Counted from the stretch's first letter, positions 47,972 to 60,400 are shown. The stretch: DNA of 64,000 nt from Azolla caroliniana (GCA_043228905.1 JBHGNT010000015.1:16306001-16370000); one strand, 5' to 3'. Numbers and translations: made by a program. Notes: generated from the letters alone by a model not told the origin.

Positions 47972-50900
47972 TGTTGGAAGCAATGTCGTCTGTGCGGAAG
48001 ATCTTGAAGCACTCGATTCCTGTTTATTCCCTGTGTATGACAGAATGTAGGTCGTTGCACAGAGAGAGAGAGAGAGAGAGACACAAAAGAATTTCTTATT
48101 TCATAAAGCAACAATACAACAACCAACCCCACAAAGAGGTTACAAGGTCACTATATATAGTGACCGACTTAGGGCAACTACCCTTTATGCTAATTACATA
48201 AATGGCCAAAACGGGATGGTGTGAATACGTCCATTATACACATGTATTCGACACTCCCCCGTAATGGGCGTATACATGGGTTATCTAAGATTACAGGTAT
48301 AGACTTAGGTTCTCGGACATATCAGCTTTGTTCGAGTCGGCAGGATCCGAAGACAGAAGACCGAACTGGTCGGGTCGGAACAGTTGAAGCCGATCATTAA
48401 GGAGCTGATGTCGGTTGTCGGGAACCATCCTGCTCTGTGTCCGGCTCTAACCGGACTGGTTTGTCGTTACGCCCATCTGATGCCGAAGAGACCGAAAACG
48501 GTCTGCCGAGAGACATTTGGTCATTCCATCTGCGACATTATCGGTTGTGGATATTTTCTCTAGACCGATTTTCCCTGAAATGACGCAGTCCCGAACGAAG
48601 TGATATCGAACGTCGATATGTTTGGAGGCGTTGTGGTGAACCGGATTTTTCGACAAGGCAACAGCACCTTGACTGTCGCTGTAGACAACTGGAGCCGAGT
48701 CATGTTCGACTTGTCGAAACGTGTGCGCCAGCCGACCGAGCCACAAAGCTTCTTTTGCTGCGTCGGACGCAGCTACATATTCTGCTTCGGTCGTTGAGGT
48801 CGCTGTGCACTCCTGAAGTTTCGACTTCCACGAGATTGCTCCATTGCCGAATTTGAAGCAGTATCCGGTTGTTGATTTCCGACTGTCTATACAGCCGGCG
48901 AAGTCCGAGTCGGTGTAACCGACTACGCCTGAGGTTCGGTTCGGTCCGAAAAGAATGCCATGGTCTTTTGTGCCAGCCAGATATCTGAACACATGCTTGA
49001 CTGCGTTCCAATGCGATCGGCCAGGATTGTACATAAATCTGCTAACGACTCCTACGGCATGAGAGATGTCAGGCCGTGTCGCGACCATCAGGTACATAAG
49101 GGAGCCGACTGCCGGTGCATACGGTACCGACTTCATATCTTCCCCCTCCGAACCGGATGTCGGGCAGTCTCGCTGAGAGAGCCGAAGATTCATAGGGAGT
49201 GGGGTTGAAGCAGATTTGGCTGATTGCATGTTGAAGCGTTCCAAGACACGTCCGATATAGTCGGTCTGAGACAAAAAAAGATGTCGTTTATCGCGATGCC
49301 GACTAATCTTCATGCCAAGGATGTGTCGTGCCGGACCGAGGTCCTTCATGGCAAACTTCAACCGCAGTTGCCGAACGAGATCGGCAAGTTCGCCCGCGTG
49401 GCGTCCAGAAATTAGCATGTCGTCCACGTAAATGATGAGGAAGATGGGTGATCCATCTCGAGCTGTGTTGGTGAAGAGACAATGGTCCTCATCGCTTTTG
49501 GAGAAGCCGATTGATTGGATGAAGTCGTCGAACTTCTTGTACCATTGTCGCGGTGCCTGTTTGAGGCCGTATAGACTCTTCCTGAGTCGGCAGACTAGAT
49601 GTTCTTGGCCAGTTGCCACGAAGCCTTTTGGCTGCTCCATATAAATTTCCTCCTCGAGATCACCATGGAGGAAGGCTGTTTTGACATCTAGCTGAATCAG
49701 CTCCAAGTTGTCGGCTGCCACGACGCCGAGCAGAAGACGAAGGGTTGTCATTTTCACCACTGGTGAAAAAATCTCGTCGAAGTCGACGCCATATTCTTGT
49801 CGGAAGCCCTTCGCAACTAATCTGGCCTTGTACTTTGGGGTGGTCGAATCAGACGTCTCTTTTAGTCGATAAACCCACTTGCAAGGAAGAGCACGTCGGT
49901 TCCTAGGTAATTCGACCAGATCCCAAGTCTTGTTTGCCCGGATGGAGTGCATTTCCGACTCCATCGCCAGATGCCAGGTGGCCGAATCGACAGATGTCGA
50001 TGCTTCTTCGTAAGACGTCGGTTCGCCGGCGTCGGTGAAGAAAATTCCAGGAGAATACCTCTCCGGAGGTTGCGACAGTCTCTCGGATCGTCGAGGTATG
50101 ATTGGACTGGTCGCATCGGGTATCGAGGTCGGATGGTCCGAAACCGAATCATTCGGCTGTGCCGAGTCAGAGTTGTCCGAGTCGGTAGTATAAGGTTCAG
50201 CTACCCGTGAAGCTGACCGTGTGTTGAGAGCGGGGCCTTCTTGAAGGGTCGGCACATCGGAGAATGTTACCCTTCGGACTTCGATCGGTTTGTCGACCGA
50301 TGGATTCATAGCCGACTCGTTGAACACAACGTCCGAACTTCGAACGATTTGTCTGCGTTTGGGGTCCCAGAGTCGGTATCCCATTTCGCCGTCTGATCCA
50401 TATCCAAGGAAAATGCATTTCCTGGACCGAGGTGCAAGTTTTCGGCGATCATCTTTCGGAATAAGGGCGTACGCCTCGCATCCGAAGATCCTCAGCTTGT
50501 CGTAATTCGGCGTGCTGCCGATCCATAATTCCTGAGGAATTTGAAGTCCTAGAGGTCTACTTGGCGACATATTGATTATGTGTGCTACCGTGAGTAGAGC
50601 CTCTGCCCAGAAGCCATCCGACAGTCGGGAGTGTTGGAGCATGGAAACTATTCGTTCTTGGATTGTCCGATTCATTCGTTCTGCAATCCCGTTTTGCTCT
50701 GGACTGTGTGGTGCCGTAAATTCACGTCGGATGCCGCGTTGTCGGCAGAATTTGACGAATTCGTCGGATTTGAACTCTCCCCCATTATCGGTCCGAAGGC
50801 ATTTCAGCTTTCGGTCGGTTTGATTTTCTACCATAGCGAGCCAATCGGTGAAGATCGAGAAGACACGATCTTTGGTGCGAATTGGATAAGCCCGCACCTT

Positions 50901-53415
50901 TCGAGTCGAATCGTCAATAAAACTGACGAAGTAAGAGGCACCGCCTAGAGACTGATTCGGCATTGGGCCACAGACGTCCGAATGGACTAAATCGAGAGGT
51001 CTCGTCTCTTTTGGTGCTGATGTCGGGTGTGATGCGGCTACTTGTTTGCCATACTGGCAATGCTCGCAAAATTGATGGTCCGAGAAGGAGAGTTTGGGGA
51101 TGTATCCGGCGCTAGATAGGTGCGTGATGCCGGCCTTGCTGAGGTGTCCTAATCTTCGGTGCCATAATGATGACACAGGAATATCCACCAAAAACAGGTT
51201 ACCCTCTCTGAGCGTAACATGTAACGGATACAGTGAGTGTATCTTGGGTCCTCTAGCAAGCAGGAGGTTCCCCCTGTGGAGTGTCCACCCTCCCGAAGAA
51301 AAACCGGCACGAATGCCGTCTTCATCTAGTTGTCCGACTGAGATCAATGGCCTTGTGAGCTCGGGTACATGTCGGACATTGTGGAGTACAAGTGTAGAGC
51401 CCCCTGCAAGGTTGAGCTCTACTGTGCCGATTCCGACGATGTCACAGTGTTGTGAGTTGCCGACTCGAACTGAGTCGGAGTGACGGATCGTATATTGCCG
51501 AAATTGGGATCGATGAGGAGTCACGTGAAATGACGCGCCCGAATCCAAGAGCCATGTGCTCGATTCTTCAGTCGTGAGTAGAACTTCTGATCCGACTGGA
51601 TTTTCTATTGATAGTATATTCGGGTCGTCCGGTAGTACATCAGCTAAGAAGCTGACGTAATTGATCTCCTCATGCCGGCCACTCTTCTTGTTGTTCTTGT
51701 TCTTGAGTGCGCGGCAGTCGGCTTTGATGTGTCCGGGTTTCTTGCAATAGTTGCAGATTCGGTTATCCCGTGACTGGCTCCGTCTTCGCTGATTGTTCGG
51801 CGGTCGTGAGGAATCTCTTCCTCGTATGTTCGATCGGTCTGTCGAACCTTGTACTACGTAGGCGTCGTCTGTTGAGTCTTTGGCGAAAGACTTTCTCCGA
51901 GCTGCTTCGGTCAGGATTGCGCTCGTGACTTCGGAGTATTTAACAGCCGTGGTTGACGCGTTGCACACGGTTGTGACGAAAGTTTCCCATGATGGGGGAA
52001 GGCTGCTCATGAGTATCATTGCTCTGAGTTCATCCTCGATTGCCGTCCCCTGTGACGAGATTTGGGAGCTTATGCTTTCGTACTCATTGAGGTGTGCTTG
52101 GACCGAGTCGGATTCTTTCATCCGCAAGTTGTAGAGGCGCCGGATCAGAAACATCTTCGTTGCGGCGACCTTCTTTTCGTAAGTGTCCGACAGTGTTTTC
52201 CACAGTTCGAATGCTGTCGTACACGATTGCACCGTGAAGTATACCGATTCCGATAGGTGCATCCGAATCGTGGCGCGGACGATTCTGTCCAGCTTCTGCC
52301 ACTCAATTGGTTTGTATCCTTCTGAAGGTTCTTCATTTTCGATGGGATCGATTTGCCCCTTGACTATGAGATAGTCCTGCATTTGTTCCTTCCAGAAGTT
52401 GAAGTTCGATCCATCGAACTTGCGTAGACTCATTTCTGACGAGCCGGATGTTGATGCCATCAAATTCGGTTTCGGTTGACGAAGCTCGGTTCGGAGTTGA
52501 CTACGAACCTTGTTGGAGTGCAGCCGGTAGGCTCACCCGATATCGTTCTAGTCGAATTTGAACCCGAGTCGGTTCGGCTTCGGAACTTGCTCGAATTGAC
52601 TCCGGTAGCTTGAGGGACAGAGCCGACTGGTCTTCCCGAATGTTGCCGAGTCGGAGTGAGCCCGGTTCGCTTCGGATATATATGCCGAATACCGATTATT
52701 AAAACCGATTATCTGGACCGATTTTGCTTCGGTTGACTGCAGCGACGAGAGAGATGGATCCAACTGATCCTCTCGAATGTCGATCAGCCAGATGAAGCAC
52801 GAATTTGGGGTTGTTTGCTTAAGACCGATCTGTACCGAGTGGTTACAACGAGCAGCGAGCAGCGTTTAACGACCTTTTCGGATGCCGTTTAACCGAATGG
52901 AGCACGATCGTGTCAATGATGCACAAGGGGATTTCACCTCGAGCGGTTACGATCACTGGGAACGGAGTACAACCTGCTGGCTTACTCCAAACAAAGATGA
53001 TCTAACGCGATGAGATGCAAACCTGGTTTTTCTTCTTCTTCTCTCTTCTTCGAATGACGCAGGAAACCGAATGCAGAGACGACGGCCGACAGCGGATTGA
53101 AGGACCGACTACTGTGCAGGCTCTGATACCAGATGTTGGAAGCAATGTCGTCTGTGCGGAAGATCTTGAAGCACTCGATTCCTGTTTATTCCCTGTGTAT
53201 GACAGAATGTAGGTCGTTGCACAGAGAGAGAGAGAGAGAGAGACACAAAAGAATTTCTTATTTCATAAAGCAACAATACAACAACCAACCCCACAAAGAG
53301 GTTACAAGGTCACTATATATAGTGACCGACTTAGGGCAACTACCCTTTATGCTAATTACATAAATGGCCAAAACGGGATGGTGTGAATACGTCCATTATA
53401 CACATGTATTCGACA
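47972..53415 (-). mobile_element. Copia element D, intact, inserted in B1
   Basis: 282-bp LTRs 47972-48253 and 53134-53415 that appear identical by eye; TSD AGGAC; PBS (tRNA-iMet) 53120-53131; PPT at 48254-48260. Confidence 0.97.
48447..52460 (-). CDS. Copia D gag-pol polyprotein, uninterrupted (1337 aa from the ATG)
   Basis: CNYCKKPGHIKADC, WLLDSGASFH, LWHRRLGH, RTDNGGEF..QNGIAERMN, YVDD and GYTDSDFAG..KHIDVRYHF. Confidence 0.96.
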   Translation of the reverse strand: MASTSGSSEMSLRKFDGSNFNFWKEQMQDYLIVKGQIDPIENEEPSEGYKPIEWQKLDRIVRATIRMHLSESVYFTVQSCTTAFELWKTLSDTYEKKVAATKMFLIRRLYNLRMKESDSVQAHLNEYESISSQISSQGTAIEDELRAMILMSSLPPSWETFVTTVCNASTTAVKYSEVTSAILTEAARRKSFAKDSTDDAYVVQGSTDRSNIRGRDSSRPPNNQRRRSQSRDNRICNYCKKPGHIKADCRALKNKNNKKSGRHEEINYVSFLADVLPDDPNILSIENPVGSEVLLTTEESSTWLLDSGASFHVTPHRSQFRQYTIRHSDSVRVGNSQHCDIVGIGTVELNLAGGSTLVLHNVRHVPELTRPLISVGQLDEDGIRAGFSSGGWTLHRGNLLLARGPKIHSLYPLHVTLREGNLFLVDIPVSSLWHRRLGHLSKAGITHLSSAGYIPKLSFSDHQFCEHCQYGKQVAASHPTSAPKETRPLDLVHSDVCGPMPNQSLGGASYFVSFIDDSTRKVRAYPIRTKDRVFSIFTDWLAMVENQTDRKLKCLRTDNGGEFKSDEFVKFCRQRGIRREFTAPHSPEQNGIAERMNRTIQERIVSMLQHSRLSDGFWAEALLTVAHIINMSPSRPLGLQIPQELWIGSTPNYDKLRIFGCEAYALIPKDDRRKLAPRSRKCIFLGYGSDGEMGYRLWDPKRRQIVRSSDVVFNESAMNPSVDKPIEVRRVTFSDVPTLQEGPALNTRSASRVAEPYTTDSDNSDSAQPNDSVSDHPTSIPDATSPIIPRRSERLSQPPERYSPGIFFTDAGEPTSYEEASTSVDSATWHLAMESEMHSIRANKTWDLVELPRNRRALPCKWVYRLKETSDSTTPKYKARLVAKGFRQEYGVDFDEIFSPVVKMTTLRLLLGVVAADNLELIQLDVKTAFLHGDLEEEIYMEQPKGFVATGQEHLVCRLRKSLYGLKQAPRQWYKKFDDFIQSIGFSKSDEDHCLFTNTARDGSPIFLIIYVDDMLISGRHAGELADLVRQLRLKFAMKDLGPARHILGMKISRHRDKRHLFLSQTDYIGRVLERFNMQSAKSASTPLPMNLRLSQRDCPTSGSEGEDMKSVPYAPAVGSLMYLMVATRPDISHAVGVVSRFMYNPGRSHWNAVKHVFRYLAGTKDHGILFGPNRTSGVVGYTDSDFAGCIDSRKSTTGYCFKFGNGAISWKSKLQECTATSTTEAEYVAASDAAKEALWLGRLAHTFRQVEHDSAPVVYSDSQGAVALSKNPVHHNASKHIDVRYHFVRDCVISGKIGLEKISTTDNVADGMTKCLSADRFRSLRHQMGVTTNQSG

Positions 53416-56400
53416 AGGACATGGTTCACACGCAAAGAGAAGGGGAAGAAGAAGATGCTGAAATACGATACCGGCAGGGAAAGGTCGGAGTGGAGCAGAT
53501 CTAACCCCGGAAAGGAAGAAGATGGATCTTCAGACAGGAAGTCTGAACTGTCCAAAAAGGGCCTCAAATCGGCTAACGGAAAGTTACGCCGCTCAATCCG
53601 CCAAAAGAACCCCGTCCAAAGGTAGGGATACAATGAGTAAATGGTGCATCACTATGCGTACATGACTAAGGTGGCTGAGGTGTGTGAGCTAGAGAGCTAC
53701 GCAGAAGAACCAAAAGACGCAAACTGTCGTGCTGCTATGGAGGAAGAAATGCAGGCACTAGATGTCAATGACACATGGGACCTCGTTGACCCTCCCCGAC
53801 ATTGTAAACCGATCGGATGTAAGTGGGTGTACAAGGTAAAGTACAATGCTGACGGTTCGGTTAACCGGTACAAGGCCCGGTTAGTGGCGAAGGGATATGT
53901 GCACACTCACGGAATCGACTACGACGAGAGCTTCGCCCCGGTAGCGATGATGACAATGGTTCATGTAGTACTGGCAGTTGTTGTGGCAAGGGGGTGGCAT
54001 CTTCACCGAATGGATGTGAAGAATGCATTTCTTCAAGGTAATCTTGAAGAATGGGTCTATATGATCCAACCCCCCAGTTTCCAATCTGAGATGAACAAGT
54101 CGGCAGTGGGCCAACTCAAGAAGTCACTTTATGGTCTAAAGCAAGCCCCTCAAGGTTAGAATGCAAAGATCACGCACCAGTTGCATAAGATGGGGTTTGC
54201 AGCCTCAAAGTCCGACTCTTCATTGTTTATCCAAAACGGTCCGGACGGTCCGGTTTGCATTTTTCTTTATGTAGATGATTTAGTCATCACCGGACCTAGA
54301 CTCAATGAAATCAGCTGAGTGAAGTCCCAGCTGTTAGATGCATTTGAAATGAAGGTCCTGGCGGACCTTCATTATTTTCTTGGGATCAAGGTGATGCGGA
54401 CCCTCGACGGCATATTGCTCTCACAACGCCATTATCTGTTGAATATGTTGTACAAGTTCGGCATGACGGAATGCCGACCGATCTCTACACCCCTAGACCG
54501 GAACCTGAAGCTTTGTCTCGACTCCGGCCTGGCCTGCGATGAGAAATGGTTCCGACAAATTGTCGGAAGCCTCATATACCTGACAATCACTCGATCCGAC
54601 ATCAGTTACCCGATCGGAGTGATCAGCCAGTTCATGCAGAAGCCAACCATCGAGCACCTTCAATGCCCACACTGGATACTTCGGTATGCTAGCGGCACAA
54701 AGAATCAGGGACTGTTATACTGACACAATATAGATGGGAAGCCAGTCGGATATACCGATGCTGATTGGGTTGGTGATGCATCGTATCGCCGATCCACCTC
54801 CGATTACATGTTTTCTCTTGGTAGCGCAGTTGTTGCATGGAGCAGGAAAAACCATCTAATAGTGGCTTTGTCGAGCACTGAGGCTGAGTATCGGGGCTCT
54901 ACCATTGCCACCTGTGAAGCCATCTGGCTTCGGCAACTACTATGTGACCTCCGGATCGAGGTGTAGACCCCAATCACGATCCACTATGACAACATGAGCA
55001 GTATACAGCTCGCCAAGAACCCTGTATTCCATGCTCAGACAATGCACATAGAAGTGCATTATCACTTTGTTCGTGAGCGGGTTCTGAACGGTGAAGTTGA
55101 ACTTCATTATGTTCACACAGATGGGCAAGTTGCTGACATCTTCACCAAGCCGCTCGGATCGGACAAGTTGCAACACTTTTCGGAGATGCTCGGCATTCAA
55201 CATCTCGGTATGCCACACTTGAGGGGGAGAACAAGAAAGGGAACGGATGGCACCGGACAAGGAACCAGAGAGAAAGAAAGAACCAACAAAGGGGAAGACC
55301 AAAGGAAAAACGGGGTCGAGTCAACAAAGGGAGTTGGCACATCCGAACAAGTCGTAATGAGCGGCAGTGGCGGCAGAGTCAATAAGGACAGAGCCGACCG
55401 GAAGGAGAAGGCCAAGACCCAGACATGGTCTGATATGGTGAAGGGCCTGAAACCGGGAGATGAGTTGGAGAACACCAACTCAGACAAGAGCCGGAACGAA
55501 TCGGGAGCGATCGATTCGGACAAGAGCCGGAACGAATCGAAGGAACCCGATTCAGTTCAAGATTTGGAAAAGCCAGATCAACTAAAGGCCAACCGGATGA
55601 GAAGGCAACGGAAGTTGACACTGACACGGAGGAACCGATGGATCGACAAGCGTCGGAGTCATAACAACGAAGGAGCTGAAATGGGCCTGTTGAGCAGACA
55701 AGCCGACCAATGAGGTCGAGGTGCGTAGTACAGGACGGGTCGCGGGATGCGGAACTGAACCGGACGAGGAGCGCGAGCAAGGCGGGAGGACGTCAGAATG
55801 AGCCGAAGGAAAGGACCAGCTACTGCAGACACTGACGCCACGATGCGACCTCAAGTTGAGCTTAAGGGGGAGCGTTGAGCGGCAAGCTCAACCGGATCCG
55901 GATCAGTTGAATAAACCAAAACCGGATCGGTATCTGGATGATATCCGGAAGGATGAGCCAGATCGGTATCCGGATACAACCGGCCGGATCGGGGAGACGA
56001 ATCAGAGAGCCGGATTCGAGTGTAAACCGGAAGACTAGCAGTAGCCTAGACTACTAGGTAATCATTGTCTCGTAGTTAGTATCAGTCGCTCGTATGAGCA
56101 TTGAAGTACATAGTACTTATGTCAGTCCTTTGAGGACTTGTATAAATAGTGTTGTTTAGCACGTTGTAGACACAGAGTTTCAGAGTGTTATTTTGAATTA
56201 AGTTGATGTTCTGCTCTCTCTCTCTCTCTCTCTCCCCCACGCGTATTCTCTGTGTTAAGTTCTCCATTAAACATTTTCTCATTTTCTGTTGCTATCCGGT
56301 TGAGCCAGTTTGTCTAACGCTTCCGCACATTTACTTTCACACTTCTCTTTGACCAAAACAAGCCATCTACGACAGACTACAATCAAGATACTAAAAGAGA

Positions 56401-56477
56401 AGATCCCAAATGTGGCTCTAGACACAACATAAAGACAAACCAGAAGACAAGAATCATTACCACAATGAGGTTGGATT

Positions 56478-57151
56478 TAGGAATCAACAACGGTTCGATT
56501 TAGGCTTGACCGGTTTGGACTTATCCAAGGTTAAGCCGAAACCATTTTGAGGTTCTCAAACCTGAACCAAACCAAACAAATCCCTAAACCGGTTTGGGCT
56601 AAATCGGTTTGGCCTAAACCGGGTTTGTGAAGGGGTTTGGGAACCGGTTTGGGACAATAAAGCTTTAGAGGTGTGAAGAAACCCAAAAAACACCACTACC
56701 ACTTCCTCCTACTCTTTTTCTCCTCCTTATAACTCCCACCCCCTCGTCCTTACCACCGATGAGGCCAAATTCAACTCCAAGTCCCACCTCCACGACTCCC
56801 TCTCTATAGACTACTATGATTGGCCAACTGACTTCCACGAATCCCCTGCCACCTACCAACCGAACCACGAACCCCAAGGCTATGGTGACTTGTCACTCTC
56901 GATGATGTATATAACAGCAAGGAGGTCCTCTGATCGTCCATTATGCAAGCTCCCTCCCTCTCTCATCACTCAACAGTTTGTTGTCAATGGCTTCCAGTCA
57001 GTCTCTCTGTCAACTTTCAAGTTCTAACTTCTAACATCTAATTGTCTAATTTCTTACTTTCTAAACCCTAATAATTAAATCACATAAACAGTTTACACGG
57101 TTTGAGCCGGTTTGGCAAGGCTCCACCGAGCCGAGTTGTTGCCGATCCCTA
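56478..57151. mobile_element. Non-autonomous hAT element (674 bp), same TIR family as 16733-17003
   Basis: TIRs TAGGAATCAACAAC / GTTGCCGATCCCTA; 8-bp TSD GTTGGATT / GTTTGATT (7/8 match); AACCG/CGGTT subterminal repeats. Confidence 0.8.
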
Positions 57152-57460
57152 GTTTGATTGCAATTGAATGAAGACAATGCATTAGTTGCCACTGATGATG
57201 AGGATGAGACCTCACAAACTCCTATTAGTTCATCTGATGGGTTTGAAGATGATGGCACATACTTGGAAAACAATAGTTTTGATATAAATATTGTATGTAC
57301 ATCAAAATCTAGATTCACGAATTTCTATAAATATAGGTGGTAGTCATTTTGGACATTCATTTGTAAATTTGATATGTCCATTATGTAGGCATTAATTGGA
57401 ACACCTAAATTTCCGTACATCCTAGAAATCAATATATTTTGGGGTCATTTTTAAAAATCG

Positions 57461-60400
57461 TGTGAAAGTTAATATGCGGAAGCGTATGACAAACCGGCTC
57501 AGCCGGATACCAACAGAACGTAGAGAAGAAGGTTTAATGGAGACCTTACACACAGAATACACGGGAGAGACAGAGAGAGCAGAACATAAACTCAATTAAA
57601 AAATAGTAATCCTCCTATGTACATAGAATGTGCTCAAAGAGCACTTTTATACAAGTTCATAAAGAACTGACATAAGTACTAACATGTACTTCAATGCTCA
57701 TACGAGCTACTAACACAAACTCCCAAAAATATGCCTACGTACTAGGCTGGATCTGTAGGCCTCTAACGGCCTCTCGGTTTCAATCCGATCCGGCTCTTGA
57801 TTCTAGACATTATCTAGACACCGATCTGGTTCTCTTCCGGATACCGATCCGACTTTGGCTTATTCAGCCGATCCAGATATGGTTGAGCTTGCTCACTCAA
57901 CACTCCCCCTCAAGCTCAACTTGAGGTCGGATCGTGGTGTCAGTTTCTGTTGTAGTCGGTTCTTCCGTCCGACTCCTTCTGGCTTCCTCCCGCCTCGCTC
58001 GCCCTCCTCGTCCGGTTCGTTGTTGCCGCTTGCTCCGACTTGTTCAGGCTCAACTTCCTTTTTCTCCTTATCTCCCCCCTTTGTTCTTTCTTCCTCTACA
58101 GCTCCTTGTCTAGTGCCATTACCCGTTTCCGTTTCCGTTCTCCCCCACAAGTGTGGCACGTCGAGAGGCTGAATGCCGAGCATCTCCGAAAAGTGTTGCA
58201 ACTTGTCCAATCTGAGTGGCTTGGTGAATATGTCGGCAACCTGTCGATCCGTGTGAACATACCGAAGTTCAACTTCACCACTCAAGAACAAAGGGATAAT
58301 GCACTTCTATGTGCTTTGTCCGAGCATGGAATACAGGGTTCTTGGCGAGCTGTATGCTGCTTACGTTGTCACAATAAATCAGGATCGGGGTCGACACATC
58401 AATTTGGAGGTCTTGCAGCAGTCACCAAAGCCAGATGGCTTCACAGGTGGCAATGGTAGCGCCCCGATATTTAGCCTCAGTGCTCGACAGAGCCACTTTT
58501 GGATGCTTTTTGCTGCTCCATGCAACAGCTGCGCTACCAAGAGAGAACATATAACCGGAGGTGGATTGGCGATCCGATGCATCACCGGCCCAACAACATC
58601 TGTATATCCGACTAGCTTCCCAGCTATACCATGTCGGTATAACAATCCCTGGTCATTCATGCCGCTCACATATCGCAATAGTTGATGCGCGCATTGAAGG
58701 TGCTCCACGATCGGCTTCTACATAAACTGGCTTATCACTCCAACCGAATAACTGATGTCGGGTCGGGTGATTGTCAAGTAGAAAAGGCTTCCGACAATTA
58801 TTCGGAACCATTTCTCATTGGAGGCTGGTCCAGAGTCGGGACTTATCTTCAGGTTCCGGTCCAGGGGTGTGGAGATTGGTTGGCATTCTGTCATGCCGAA
58901 CTTGTACAACATATTCAACACATAATGGCATTCTGAGAGCACTATGCCGTCGGGGTTCCGAATCACCTCGATCCCAAGAAAATAATGAAGGTCCCCCAGT
59001 CCTTTATTTCAAATGCGTCCGACAACGGGGACTTCACACAGCCGAATTCATCGAGTCTGGGTCTAGTGATGACTAGATCATCTACATCTAGTAGGATACA
59101 TACTGGACCGTCTAGACCTTTCCGGATGAACAGTGAAGAGTAGGAATTTGAGGCCACAAACCCCATCTCGCAACTGATGCGTGATTTTCGCATTCCAAGT
59201 TCGGGGGGCTTGCTTCAGACCATAAAGTGACTTTTTGAGTCGGCACACCGCCGACCTGTTCAACCTCGATTGGAAACCGGGGGGTTTGATCATATAGACC
59301 CGTTCTTCAAGGTCACCTTGAAGGAACACATTCTTCACGTCCATTTGGTGAAGATGTCATCCCCTTGTTGCAGCAACAACCAGTACCACACGAACCATCG
59401 TCATCTTCGCTACGGAGCAAAGGTCTCGTCGTAGTCAATTCTGTGGGTCTGTGCATACCCCTTCGCCACTAACCGGGCCTTTTACCGGTTGATCAAACTG
59501 TCAGCATTGTACGTTACCTTATATACCCACTTACAACCGATCAGTTTACAATGACGGGGAGGGTCAACGAGGTCCCATGTTTCCTTAGCATCGAGTACCC
59601 GCATTTCTTCCTCCATAGCAGCACACCAATTTGCATCTTTCGCTACTTCTGCATAGCTCTCCGTCTCACGCACTTCCGCCACCTTGGTCATGTACGCATA
59701 GTGATGCGCCATGTACTTATTGTATCCATACCATTTTACAAGGATCTTTCGGCAGGTTGATCGGCGTAATTTTTCAGCAGCTGATTTGAGGCCCTTCTTG
59801 GCCGGTTCAGACTTCATTTCTGAAGTTTCGCCTTCATCCTTTCCGGAGCCAGATTTGCTTCGATCTAACCCTTCACTTCCAGTGGCGTATCCCAGCATCT
59901 TCTTCTTCCCCTTCTCTTTGCGCGTGAACCGTTTCCTCGGTTCCTTGCGTGAGGAGAACACGGTAGAGTCTCCACTACTCACTGGTTCTTCATCCGACTG
60001 GTCATTCCGATTCAGCCACTCATTTGGCCCACTTACCCGGAATGAGATCAGACTCTCATCTAGAGTATCGAAATCCTCATCTTCTACCTGAACCTCTCCA
60101 GATTCACTGGCCTGATCCTCCGGAATTGGGTTTTCGTCTGGAGTTGGAGTCGGTAGAGAGTACCATGATGTCGGCTCATCAAACTCGACATCTCGACTTA
60201 CTCGGACTTGTTTAGTCCGGGGGTTATAACACTTATACCCCTTTTGTTCATTGAAGTAGCCCACGAGTATACACTTTTCCAACTTTGGATCCAGGTTCCT
60301 CCGCTTCTCATCCGGTATATGCACATATGATATGTTACCGAATATCCGAAGGTGGCTCAAATTCAGCTTCCGCCTGAAATATAGCTCATGTGCTGACACC

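Larger units (their letters stand above)
28164..56341 (+). mobile_element. Copia element B1 (decayed), outermost member of a 28-kb nest
   Basis: 5' LTR starts TGTTGAGCGGCAAG at 28164 and is interrupted at 28468. gag-INT at 45599-47971, RT-RH at 53416-~55230, PPT 55862-55872, 3' LTR 55873-56341. Perfect TSD CTTCT (28159-28163 and 56342-56346). Confidence 0.9.

Noticed and set aside
16733-57151. A single giant ~40-kb hAT element defined by matching TIRs at 16733 and 57151
   Set aside because: The outer flanks do not form a TSD (GTGCTTGT vs GTTTGATT), and each end belongs to its own short element with its own 8-bp TSD.
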